Made by a program: the position numbers and the translations under genes. Of a stretch of 64,000 bases of DNA, positions 30,021 to 38,965 are shown in pieces (position 1 is the first letter of the stretch; the number at the start of each line of letters is the position of its first letter). Source of the stretch: Atribacterota bacterium (lineage in GTDB: Bacteria; Atribacterota; Phoenicimicrobiia; Phoenicimicrobiales; Stramentimicrobiaceae); assembly GCA_040767965.1 (NCBI GenBank), contig JAXGNR010000004.1, forward strand, positions 320,001 to 384,000. The letters run 5' to 3'. A model generated the notes under the pieces. The model saw only the letters and a list, made by a program, of their open reading frames with translations, did no database searches and was not told where the DNA came from.

Positions 30021-30145
30021 CGATACAATTAATATAATGGGATACTAGGATACTTATCCAAAGGGATAGAACAATAAAGTGGAAAGATGTTAGTAAAGAC
30101 TAAGGGAAAATAGGATATAGTAAATGTACAAAGAAAGAAATTAAA

Positions 30146-30790
30146 ATGAATTCTTCAGTTAAATACCAACAAACTATTGAGATGCCGGTACAAATAAAAA
30201 ATATCATTAAAAAAAGCCGTTTTATAGCAACAGTAAAAGAAGTTGAAAAAGAAGATGAAATAAAACAGTTTTTAAAAGAAATAACACAGGAATTCCCGGA
30301 TGCAAATCATCATTGCTGGGCCTATCAAATTGGCTATACCAATAGATCCCTGTCCCATTATTCTGATGGGGGAGAACCAGCTAATTCTGCTGGTCCTCCT
30401 ATTTTACAAGCGATTAGAAAAGAAATGGTAACAAATGTAATGGTAATTGTAACCCGTTATTTTGGAGGAATAAAACTGGGAATCAGCGGACTAATCAAAG
30501 CTTATAGGGAAACAGCGTTAATAGGCATTCAATCAGCAGGAAAAATTAAAAAATATCCCCTGAGAGAGTACATTTTCGAAAATATTGATTATCAAATTCT
30601 GGGTAATATAATACAGTTAATAGAAAGTCAGTCTGGCAGAATAGAAAAAATAGATTACCGAGAAAAAGTAAAAATAATGGTTCTTCTGCCAGACAATTTA
30701 AAGGAATGGCTTGTCAGTAATCTTTATAATTTTTCTCAGGGCAATATACATATTAACCAGGGAGAGATTCATTGGTTCAGTAAAAAATAA
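30146..30790 (+). CDS. yigZ: YigZ/IMPACT family protein
   Basis: IKKSRF, ANHHCWAY, DGGEP and VTRYFGGIKLG. Confidence 0.9.
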   Translation: MNSSVKYQQTIEMPVQIKNIIKKSRFIATVKEVEKEDEIKQFLKEITQEFPDANHHCWAYQIGYTNRSLSHYSDGGEPANSAGPPILQAIRKEMVTNVMVIVTRYFGGIKLGISGLIKAYRETALIGIQSAGKIKKYPLREYIFENIDYQILGNIIQLIESQSGRIEKIDYREKVKIMVLLPDNLKEWLVSNLYNFSQGNIHINQGEIHWFSKK

Positions 30791-30855
30791 AATAATAAGT
30801 AAATATTTAAAATAAAATAAATATTTCAAACTGGATCTGATTAGAGGTAAAAAAG

Positions 30856-31347
30856 ATGAAAATATTAATAACATATTATTCTCGTTCCGGTAAGACAGAA
30901 AAAATCGCTGAACAGGTTGCTCTTAAAATTAATGCAGAACTCCAAAAAATTAGTGATCAAAAAAACAGGGCAGGCATTTTTGGTTTTATTTCCAGCGGTA
31001 ATGAAGCTTATCTCAAACAAACAACAACTATTGATAAATTAGAAAAAGATCCGGCTAATTTTGATCTAATAATTATAGGTACCCCCGTTTGGGCTGGCAA
31101 TGTATCATCTCCTGTGAGAAGTTTTTTACAGGAATACAATTCTAAATTTAAAAAAGTTGCCTTCTTCTGTACCAGTATGGGTTCAGATCCCGGTCCGATA
31201 TTTTCAGCAATGGAAAAGCTGGCAACTCAAAAGCCCCTAGCCGTTATGAATGTTACAGCCCGTGACATGAAAAAGCATTTTCAGAAAGAACTGATCGCCG
31301 ATTTTGTTGCTTTAATTGGAAAACAAAGCAATGATGGATATATATGA
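30856..31347 (+). CDS. Flavodoxin family protein
   Basis: YYSRSGKTEKIA, GTPVWAG and KKVAFFCT. Confidence 0.88.
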   Translation: MKILITYYSRSGKTEKIAEQVALKINAELQKISDQKNRAGIFGFISSGNEAYLKQTTTIDKLEKDPANFDLIIIGTPVWAGNVSSPVRSFLQEYNSKFKKVAFFCTSMGSDPGPIFSAMEKLATQKPLAVMNVTARDMKKHFQKELIADFVALIGKQSNDGYI

Positions 31348-31374
31348 TAAGAAAGATGAGAAAAACAATATGTT

Positions 31375-31779
31375 ATGATAAGTAAAAAAGAATTTGAAGA
31401 ATTAGTGGAAAAAGCTATAAGTGAACTGCCATTCTATTTTAGAGAAAAAATGGAAAATATTGCCATCTATGTAGAAGAGTTTCCCGATCAGGATATGCTC
31501 CAGAAGCTTGGGCATAAATCTCCATATTCGCTTTTGGGTATCTATCAGGGAGTTCCAGTAACTCGCCGTGGAATTCATTATAGGAATGTCATGCCTGATC
31601 GGATTACTATTTTTCGTAAACCAATCTTAAGAAAAAACAACAATATTGCAGATCTTAAAAATGATATAAAAAGAGTAGTTATGCATGAAATCGGTCATTA
31701 TTTTGGATTAAATGACTATGATCTCTTTTTAATAGAAAAAGAACATTTCAATAAAAACAATTCCAGCAATGAAAGCTAA
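31375..31779 (+). CDS. Zinicin-like metallopeptidase (DUF1025 family)
   Basis: LLGIYQGVP, PDRITIFR and HEIGHYFG. Confidence 0.88.
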   Translation: MISKKEFEELVEKAISELPFYFREKMENIAIYVEEFPDQDMLQKLGHKSPYSLLGIYQGVPVTRRGIHYRNVMPDRITIFRKPILRKNNNIADLKNDIKRVVMHEIGHYFGLNDYDLFLIEKEHFNKNNSSNES

Positions 31780-31782
31780 AAA

Positions 31783-32358
31783 CTATGATAAAAATTTTCT
31801 GCTGCCAGGCTTAACCGGCTTACTGCCTTGCTGGCAAAGTGGACAGTCTTTTTCATCATATATTTTAATATCAAGCTGTATTCCGCTAAAAACAGGTACG
31901 CCAAGGTCTTCATGCTTTGATCTTCTGTCTACAATACAGGCTACACCCAGGACATTCCCTCCTAATTCAGAGACTAAATTTTTCACCTCTAAAGTAGATT
32001 TACCAGTGGTGACAACATCTTCACTTATCAAGATATTAGATCCTTTCTTTACTGTAAAACCTCTTCTGAGAGTAACTGTATTGTCAACCCTTTCAGTGAA
32101 AATTGTTTCCACATTCATTTGTCTACCCATTTCATATGAAGTAATAATTCCTCCAATGGCTGGTCCCACTATCAGATCAATTTTCAAATCACTTATTTTT
32201 GCACATATTATTTTCATTATCTGCTCCGCATGCCAGGGGAACCTTAAGGCTTGTGCACATTGCACATACTGACGGGAATGCTTGCCTGAAGAAAGCAGAA
32301 AATGGCCTTCTAGTAAAGCACCAGTTTCTTTCAAAATATTCAAGATTTTGGTATTCAT
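31783..32358 (-). CDS. pyrE: Orotate phosphoribosyltransferase
   Basis: GHFLLSSGKHS, EDVVTTG and KPGSR. Confidence 0.95.
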   Translation of the reverse strand: MNTKILNILKETGALLEGHFLLSSGKHSRQYVQCAQALRFPWHAEQIMKIICAKISDLKIDLIVGPAIGGIITSYEMGRQMNVETIFTERVDNTVTLRRGFTVKKGSNILISEDVVTTGKSTLEVKNLVSELGGNVLGVACIVDRRSKHEDLGVPVFSGIQLDIKIYDEKDCPLCQQGSKPVKPGSRKFLS

Positions 32359-32383
32359 ATTATTCTCCTTATTATCCTTACTA

Positions 32384-33289
32384 TTAAATTATCCCAACTA
32401 TTTCTTTAAGAGTAGAGATTTTGTTTGTTTCTAAATAATTATATAAGTCTATAAGTATTCTTTCACCAATGTTAGGATTAATAAAATTTGCTGTTCCTAT
32501 CTGGACAGCTTGTGCTCCTGCCATCAGGAATTCTAAAACATCCTCTGCACTCATAATTCCTCCAATACCCATTACCGGGATAGAAATATTATGCGATACT
32601 TCATGTACCATTCTCAGGGCAATCGGTTTAATACATGGACCTGACAATCCTGCATAGGTATTCTCAAAAACCTTTCTTTTTTGGATTACATCTATAGCTA
32701 AAGACCTGACAGTGTTTATTAGTGAAACAGCATCAGCCCCTTCTTCCTGGCACACCTGGGCAATTCTGACAATATCATCGGCATCGGGACTTAATTTTAT
32801 CATTAAAGGGCAGTTTACAACATTTCTGGTTTCTTTAACTACTTCACGGGTAGTATTTTCTTTAATACCAAAAGGAATATTATTTTCCTTTATATTGGGA
32901 CAGGAAATATTTAATTCAATCATATCTACTTTTTCCAGGGATATTTTTTCACACGCTGAAATATAATCATTTAAACTGGAACCACTTATATTTATTACAT
33001 GTACCAAGTTTAGTGATTTCATATAAGGAAGCTCTTTTTGTATAAACTGCTCAATTCCTGGATTTTCCAATCCTACACTATTCATCATTAAAGACTCAGT
33101 TTCCCAGACACGGATACCTTTGTTGCCGGATCTGGGTTGCAGAGTTAAACCTTTGCTGACAATTCCGCCTAATTTTTCAATTTCGTACAATTCAGCATAT
33201 TCACGACCAAAACCGAAGGTACCTGAAGCCATAAAAAGAGGGTTTTTTAATAAAAAATTTAAAAAAGGTAATTGTAAGGGGTTATTCAT
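32384..33289 (-). CDS. pyrD: Dihydroorotate dehydrogenase B, catalytic subunit
   Basis: ASGTFG, NSVGLENPG, ELNISCPN, KLSP and GLSGP. Start set at MNNPL. Confidence 0.93.
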   Translation of the reverse strand: MNNPLQLPFLNFLLKNPLFMASGTFGFGREYAELYEIEKLGGIVSKGLTLQPRSGNKGIRVWETESLMMNSVGLENPGIEQFIQKELPYMKSLNLVHVINISGSSLNDYISACEKISLEKVDMIELNISCPNIKENNIPFGIKENTTREVVKETRNVVNCPLMIKLSPDADDIVRIAQVCQEEGADAVSLINTVRSLAIDVIQKRKVFENTYAGLSGPCIKPIALRMVHEVSHNISIPVMGIGGIMSAEDVLEFLMAGAQAVQIGTANFINPNIGERILIDLYNYLETNKISTLKEIVGII

Positions 33290-33989
33290 AAAAGATATCC
33301 TTTCCCAGAAAAACAGGTCCATCTTTGCATACTCTAGCATTACCATTTTTTGTTTGACAGGAACAAACCAAACAAGCCCCTACTCCGCAAGCCATTCTCT
33401 TTTCCAGAGAAAGATAATGTTTGATATTATAATTTCGGGCTTTTTCTTCTATTTTTCGCATCATGATTTCTGGTCCGCAACTGAAAATTATATTATATTT
33501 CTGATATGGAATATAATCTGTAATATATCCTCCATAGTTTATCTCCAGAAGATTGGATAATTTTTGAAAATAAGATTCGAAAACATTTTTTTGCTGTAAA
33601 CCTAAGAAAACATCAATGTTTTTAACTTCAGGATTACCTTGTAATTTTTTTAAAGCATAGAAGAGGGGGGCAATACCTGTTCCTCCTCCAACCAAAGCTA
33701 GATTTCCTGATATATTTGTGGGGAATCCGTTACCATATGGGCCATTAATAGTAATTTCATCACCAATTCTACATTTTGCTAAAACAGCCGTTCCTTTGCC
33801 GCTTATGCAGTAGAGGAAGGTAACTCCATCCTCCTCTAAATCATAAACACTCATTGGCCGGCTTAAAAACATTTCCTGACTATTTTTTCTAATCATAAAA
33901 AATTGCCCTATCTGAGCATGGTATTTACCTGCAATTTTTAAGAGATAATAATTATTTTTCAAGGGTTTATTAAAAGAAACTAGCGCCAT
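33282..33989 (-). CDS. pyrK: Dihydroorotate dehydrogenase electron-transfer subunit
   Basis: RPMS, GPYGNGF, GGGTGIAP, CGP and MACGVGAC..C...C.DGPVF. Confidence 0.93.
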   Translation of the reverse strand: MALVSFNKPLKNNYYLLKIAGKYHAQIGQFFMIRKNSQEMFLSRPMSVYDLEEDGVTFLYCISGKGTAVLAKCRIGDEITINGPYGNGFPTNISGNLALVGGGTGIAPLFYALKKLQGNPEVKNIDVFLGLQQKNVFESYFQKLSNLLEINYGGYITDYIPYQKYNIIFSCGPEIMMRKIEEKARNYNIKHYLSLEKRMACGVGACLVCSCQTKNGNARVCKDGPVFLGKDIFYE

Positions 33990-34837
33990 TGGCTTATATC
34001 CTTTTTCATTTTCAAAACTTTTTCTCTGGTAATAGTAACAAAATTGTCTGTTTCATCAAGACCTTTATGAGCAGCAATTATCCCACGAGATGAATTGATA
34101 ACTGCATTAATATTATTTTTAAATATTCTGGAAAAGTCTTTCCCGGTACCTCCCTGTGCTCCATAGCCAGGAATAAGGAAAAACGTGTGCCGGGCTACGT
34201 TTTTTATTTTGATGAATTCTTCAGGGTAGGTTAATCCTACCACTGCCCCAATGGTACTATAATTGTACTTACCTCTAAATTTCTCTCCCCATTCCTCAAT
34301 TTTCCTGGCAACATGCAGGTAAAGAGGTTGTCCTTCAACTACTAATTCCTGGAAGTCTTGTGAGCTTGGATTAGAAGTTTTTGCTAGGATAAATAATCCT
34401 TTTTCTCCATTATCTAAATATGGGAAATAAGGTTCAATAGCATCTAGTCCCATATATGGGTTGATAGTAAGAAAATCTGCCTCAAAATCACCTGAAAAAT
34501 GACCTTGCGCATATTCTTGTGCAGTAGAAAAAATATCACCACGCTTAACATCGGCAATAACTATATTTTCTTTTTTTCTAATATGTGCCAGGGTTTTTTG
34601 ATAAGCCTGAAGTCCCAGGATGCCATGTGCTTCATAACAGGCAATTTGTACTTTATAACAAGCAGTAATATCCGAAGTGTTATCAATAATAGCTTTATTA
34701 AAAAGAAATAATTTGTCTGCAATACTTATGTCCTGTTTACAGGCAAGAGAATCTGGAAGATAATCTAATCTGGTGTCAAGCCCTATGCAGACCGGCCCTC
34801 TTTCTTTTACTAATTCATAAAGTTTATCTATTATCAT
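33980..34837 (-). CDS. pyrF: Orotidine-5'-phosphate decarboxylase (long subfamily)
   Basis: CIGLD, DVKRGDI, KTSNP, LIPGYGAQGG and NSSRGI. Confidence 0.95.
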   Translation of the reverse strand: MIIDKLYELVKERGPVCIGLDTRLDYLPDSLACKQDISIADKLFLFNKAIIDNTSDITACYKVQIACYEAHGILGLQAYQKTLAHIRKKENIVIADVKRGDIFSTAQEYAQGHFSGDFEADFLTINPYMGLDAIEPYFPYLDNGEKGLFILAKTSNPSSQDFQELVVEGQPLYLHVARKIEEWGEKFRGKYNYSTIGAVVGLTYPEEFIKIKNVARHTFFLIPGYGAQGGTGKDFSRIFKNNINAVINSSRGIIAAHKGLDETDNFVTITREKVLKMKKDISQWR

Positions 34838-35987
34838 ATTTAATTTTTCCTTCTTTAAAAGTCATCAAAATTTTTCCATATACCACTTGTCCTAAAAAAG
34901 GTGTATTTCCTGCCTTAGAATGTAGAATATGCCTATTTATTTCATATTTTTTACTTAAATCGATAAGAACAAAATTAGCTTTAGAATAAATTTCAGAAAG
35001 AAAACTGGTTTTTTCAATCCCTAATAGTTTTGCTGGTTTTTCTGACATTAATTTACTCAGCAATTGAATACTGATATTGTATTTTTTGAAAAGAGTATAC
35101 ACAAGAGAAAAAGCGTGATCGAACTCAATTAAACCCCGGGCACCTTTAAGTTTATCTTCACTGCTATGAGGAGCATGATCTGTAGCAATAATGTCAACAG
35201 TTCCATCCAGCAGTCCTTCCAGTAAAGCTTCAGCATCTTCTTTCTTGCGAAAGGGGGGATGTACCATATAATCCAGATCATAGCTGAACAGATGATGTGG
35301 TGTAACTTCACAGCTAAATTCCAATCCTTTGCTTTTTGCCTTTCTTATAATCTGAAGGCTGTCTTTTTTGCTAACATGGCAAATATGTAAATTACCTCCG
35401 TATAATTTAAGTAACTCCAAATCCCGGGTAATTATTTCTGTTTCAGGTTCACAATGAGTGAGTATTTTAAAGTTATACTTTGTTGATGCCTGCAATGCTT
35501 TTATCATAGTATTTTCATCTTTTATAGGGATCCCATCATTGGAAAAAAGTCGGGTATAGGTAATCATTTTCTCAAAATCTACCAGATTAGTGGTATCAAG
35601 TCCATAAGTAACTGCTGAAATGGGGATTACATTACACAATCCCAGTTTTTGTGCCTTGTTTATAATATAATTGATTGTTTCTGGATTATCGCAAACAGGC
35701 AGAGTATTTGCCATACAGCAAATGGTGGTAAAACCGCCGGCCAAAGCAGCCTGTTGTCCACTTTCCAGATCTTCCTTATAAGTATATCCGGGATCTCTTA
35801 AATGGCAATGCAAATCTATAAAAGAAGGAAGTAGACCCCAATTCTCACCTGGAATAATTTCTGTGATAGATTCATTATTGACATTATTATCTTCCAGTAC
35901 TATAAAATTACCCTTCTTAATTAATATACTGGCAATCCTATCAGTATCTGAATCAATTATTCTAATATTCTTTAATAATACAGACAT
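34824..35987 (-). CDS. pyrC: Dihydroorotase
   Basis: DLHCHLRDPG, CEVTPHHL and ATDHAPH. Confidence 0.92.
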   Translation of the reverse strand: MSVLLKNIRIIDSDTDRIASILIKKGNFIVLEDNNVNNESITEIIPGENWGLLPSFIDLHCHLRDPGYTYKEDLESGQQAALAGGFTTICCMANTLPVCDNPETINYIINKAQKLGLCNVIPISAVTYGLDTTNLVDFEKMITYTRLFSNDGIPIKDENTMIKALQASTKYNFKILTHCEPETEIITRDLELLKLYGGNLHICHVSKKDSLQIIRKAKSKGLEFSCEVTPHHLFSYDLDYMVHPPFRKKEDAEALLEGLLDGTVDIIATDHAPHSSEDKLKGARGLIEFDHAFSLVYTLFKKYNISIQLLSKLMSEKPAKLLGIEKTSFLSEIYSKANFVLIDLSKKYEINRHILHSKAGNTPFLGQVVYGKILMTFKEGKIKYDNR

Positions 35988-35996
35988 TTCAATTAC

Positions 35997-36419
35997 CTAA
36001 ATTCTTGTTTTTTCATGACAATATTCACATTGATATTCCCCAATAGCAGGGTTAACCAGAGTAAACTCGATATCGCCAACATTTTCAACAGTGCTAATGC
36101 ATCTTGGATTTTTACATTTTAAAATACCATAGACCTTTTTGGGTAGTTCAAGTTTTATCTTCTTTTTCCTTTGTCCGTTTTCTATAATATTAATGGTGAC
36201 TCCTGAGTCTATTAATCCTAAGACAGTTAAATCAAGATAAATATCATTTTCTATTTTGATAAGGTCTTTTACTCCCATTTTAGTAGAAGGAATGTTCCTA
36301 AGCAATACTACGGTATCATCTAATTTATCCAGGCTTAACTGGCTAAATATTTTATATCCATTTCCAGACTTGATATGATCTATTACAATCCCTTTTTTTA
36401 ATTTGGAAACATTTATCAT
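35997..36419 (-). CDS. pyrI: Aspartate carbamoyltransferase regulatory subunit
   Basis: [14 protein letters not shown] and CKNPRC...CEYC. Confidence 0.93.
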   Translation of the reverse strand: MINVSKLKKGIVIDHIKSGNGYKIFSQLSLDKLDDTVVLLRNIPSTKMGVKDLIKIENDIYLDLTVLGLIDSGVTINIIENGQRKKKIKLELPKKVYGILKCKNPRCISTVENVGDIEFTLVNPAIGEYQCEYCHEKTRI

Positions 36420-37339
36420 AAATTATCTCCTTTCCCAAGTATCTTGGATATCAAAGCCATTCTAATAAACATTCCATATCTTGCTTGTTTGAAGTAAACT
36501 GCTCTTTCATCATCATCAACTTCAGCGGCTATTTCGTTAACTCTTGGCAGAGGATGCATAATGAGCATATCTTCATTTGCCATTTTTAAAATTTCATTGT
36601 TTAAGATATAAGAGTCTTTTAAACGCAAGTATTCCTGCTCACTAAAAAATCTTTCTTTTTGGATTCTGGTCATATAAAGTATGTCCAATTTGCCGATACT
36701 ATTTTCCAAAGAATTTGTTTCCTGATAGGATTCTTTACCAATTCCTTCTTTTATATAATCAGGAATACGTAATTCTTCTGGAGATATGAATACAAAATTA
36801 ATATTCGGGTATCTGGAAAGAATTTTAGTTAAAGAGTGGGTAGTTCTGCCAAACTTTAAATCTCCGCATAATCCAATTGTAAAATTGCTGATTGAACCTT
36901 TTAATTGTTTGATAGTCAGTAAATCTGTTAAGGTTTGGGTTGGGTGCTGATGACCGCCATCTCCGGCATTTATGACAGGTACCCTAGAATGTTTTGAAGC
37001 AAGTTTAGGTGCTCCTTCTTTTGGATGTCTGATAATAATTAAATCAGCATAACCAGAAATTGTCTGTATTGTATCTACTAGACTTTCTCCCTTAGAAACA
37101 GAAGAAGACATTGCATCTGCAAAGCCAATTACCTGTCCTCCTAATCTCAGGATAGCCGATTCAAAACTAAATTTTGTTCTGGTAGATGGTTCATAAAAGA
37201 GAGTAGCAATTAAATTGCCCTTGCAAAGGTTGGAATAATCATGTTCATTTTTTATAATTTCTGTTGCATAAGAGATCAGATCATCTATTTCCTCGAAAGA
37301 AAAATCATTTACTTCAATTAAATGCTTTCCTTTTATCAT
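36416..37339 (-). CDS. pyrB: Aspartate carbamoyltransferase catalytic subunit
   Basis: [19 protein letters not shown] and HPLPR. Confidence 0.96.
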   Translation of the reverse strand: MIKGKHLIEVNDFSFEEIDDLISYATEIIKNEHDYSNLCKGNLIATLFYEPSTRTKFSFESAILRLGGQVIGFADAMSSSVSKGESLVDTIQTISGYADLIIIRHPKEGAPKLASKHSRVPVINAGDGGHQHPTQTLTDLLTIKQLKGSISNFTIGLCGDLKFGRTTHSLTKILSRYPNINFVFISPEELRIPDYIKEGIGKESYQETNSLENSIGKLDILYMTRIQKERFFSEQEYLRLKDSYILNNEILKMANEDMLIMHPLPRVNEIAAEVDDDERAVYFKQARYGMFIRMALISKILGKGDNL

Positions 37340-37348
37340 ACAAATCCT

Positions 37349-37379
37349 CCTTTTCAGTCTCTCCAGGACTAAATTAAAG
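37349..37379 (-). ncRNA. PyrR-binding RNA site overlapping the pyrB ribosome-binding site
   Basis: Minus strand CUUUAA-UUU-AGUCCUGGAGAGACU-GAAAAGG(AGG) resembles the ARUCCnGnGAGGYU consensus. Confidence 0.8.
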
Positions 37380-37389
37380 TTTTTTACAT

Positions 37390-37420
37390 AAAAAAACCTT
37401 TTCGTATAAAACGAAAAGGT
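37390..37420 (-). terminator. Attenuator terminator in the pyr leader
   Basis: Minus strand ACCTTTTCGT-loop-ACGAAAAGGT followed by a T-run. Confidence 0.8.
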
Positions 37421-37478
37421 AAATTTGAATTAATCTTTATTATTCTATGCTTTAAGAAGAAATATCTCATGAGTATAG

Positions 37479-37508
37479 CCTTTCTAACATCTCGTGTTAG
37501 TTTAAAGA
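37479..37508 (-). promoter_or_regulatory. Degenerate PyrR-type binding loop (anti-antiterminator)
   Basis: Minus strand CUUUAA-A-CUAACA-CGAGA-UGUUAG-AAAGG; same CUUUAA/AAAG frame as PyrR loops. Confidence 0.5.
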
Positions 37509-37517
37509 TTCCACAAA

Positions 37518-37546
37518 ATAATATATCATCGCTTTCAGATTGTCAA
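37518..37546 (-). promoter_or_regulatory. sigma70-type promoter of the pyr operon
   Basis: Minus strand TTGACA-17bp-TATTAT. Confidence 0.75.
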
Positions 37547-37714
37547 TAAGAGAGTCTAATTTTTTAAATAATGATTTTTTAAGAATAGTGCTTCAAATAT
37601 ACTATAAATTGAAATATTACTATGAAAAAAATCAGTTATTGTAATATAATAAAAATTATTATTATTATTTATTAATTGGATAAAAACTTTAAATAAAAAC
37701 AACCCAGAGAAAGG

Positions 37715-38488
37715 ATGAGAAAAATCAGTACACAATTTATTGAGACGCACGCCCACCTAGATATGATAAAAAGGAAATCTTCAGATGTTGTGCAAGAGGC
37801 CCTGACAAATGGTGTTTTTAAAATAATAACTATTGGAGTAGATATAGAATCCAGTGAAGATAATTTACTTTTATCTGAGAAATTAGAAAATGTCTATACC
37901 GCTATTGGCTTCCATCCGCATGAGAGCAAAAAAATGAACTCAGATGAATATTTTAAGTTGGAAAAAATGCTTTTAAATCCTAAAAATGTTGCACTTGGGG
38001 AAATTGGATTAGATTATTATTATCAACATAGTACTATTGAAGAACAAAAAACAGCTTTTCGTGAGCAGATTGACCTGGCAAAAAAATATGATTTACCTAT
38101 CATAATCCATGATAGAGATGCCCACCAGGATACTATGGAAATCCTGAAGGAAAAAGGGAAAAACTTAAAGATAGTTTTCCATTGCTTTTCTGGTGATCGT
38201 CAAATGGCTCAATGGTGTATAAAAAATAATTATTATTTTGGTATTGGCGGAGTTGTGACTTTCAAAAATGCGAAAAATTTAGTACAGATAGTTAAAGAGA
38301 TACCGCTGAAGAATATACTTTTGGAAACAGATTCACCTTTCTTAACTCCAATTCCTTATAGAGGCAAACCTAATGAACCAAAGTATATTCCGATAATTGC
38401 TGAAAAGATTGCTGAAATAAAAGGGATAAAAATTGACGAAGTTGGAAAGGTTACCACTGAAAATGCCCGAAAAATTTTTAATTTCTAA
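37715..38488 (+). CDS. tatD: TatD family hydrolase
   Basis: ETHAHLD, GFHPH, GEIGLDY, IHDRDA, HCFSG and ETDSPFL. Confidence 0.93.
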   Translation: MRKISTQFIETHAHLDMIKRKSSDVVQEALTNGVFKIITIGVDIESSEDNLLLSEKLENVYTAIGFHPHESKKMNSDEYFKLEKMLLNPKNVALGEIGLDYYYQHSTIEEQKTAFREQIDLAKKYDLPIIIHDRDAHQDTMEILKEKGKNLKIVFHCFSGDRQMAQWCIKNNYYFGIGGVVTFKNAKNLVQIVKEIPLKNILLETDSPFLTPIPYRGKPNEPKYIPIIAEKIAEIKGIKIDEVGKVTTENARKIFNF

Positions 38489-38591
38489 TTAAGAAATTAA
38501 GAACAAAGGAATTATATAGCTGGCGTGATGGAGATTTCACCAGTTGTTAATTTAGTTAATTAAATTGAAAAAATATTTCTTGCAACTTCCG

Positions 38592-38620
38592 TTGACTTTT
38601 TTATATTTAACAGGTATTAT
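38592..38620 (+). promoter_or_regulatory. sigma70-type promoter of the attenuated ABC operon
   Basis: TTGACT-17bp-TATTAT. Confidence 0.7.
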
Positions 38621-38658
38621 ATTTTTAACATTTAAAAATACTGAAAAGATAATAAATT

Positions 38659-38852
38659 ATGAAAACAAATAATATAATACAACAATTTTATAATTATTTT
38701 TACTACTATTATATTCCGGGGTAAGTGCCTAGCGGTTTGGTAGTAGTAAGAAAAAATCATTTTGATAAAATATACCACAGGCATTTACCTCAGAAAAATG
38801 CCTGTGGTTTTTTGTTTGCAACCACGGGTGTATAAAACATTCGTGGTTTTTT
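38659..38852 (+). promoter_or_regulatory. Tyr/Phe-codon leader and transcription attenuator with two tandem terminators
   Basis: Leader frame MKTNNI*QQFYNYFYYYYIPG*. Antiterminator 38720-38736 pairs with 38774-38789. Terminators at 38774-38813 and 38821-38852. Confidence 0.75.
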
Positions 38853-38965
38853 ATATTTAAAAAAGAAAGGAGATGATTGATAGCCAAATAATTAGATCAA
38901 AAGATGATTGTTCAAAGCAAAACAAGTATGAAACTGTTCTTTAATAAAAAAAAGGAGGAAATAAA

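Noticed and set aside
31769-32272. 167-aa + strand ORF coupled to the zinicin gene
   Set aside because: It is almost entirely antisense to pyrE, which explains the open frame.
37556-37756. 66-aa minus-strand ORF upstream of the pyr promoter
   Set aside because: Low-complexity AT-rich sequence overlapping the tatD start; no motif; not pyrR.
38515-38550. GTGATGGAGATTTCACC resembling the 5' part of a fluoride riboswitch
   Set aside because: The downstream AACCGC and GCTGATGAC elements are absent, and it lies upstream of the next promoter. More likely a hairpin after tatD.
38663-38743. Alternative Ile/Thr-rich frame (IIIFTTIIF) in the attenuator leader
   Set aside because: Preceded by a stop with no ATG/GTG/TTG. 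The Tyr frame matches the ATG and the transporter family better.
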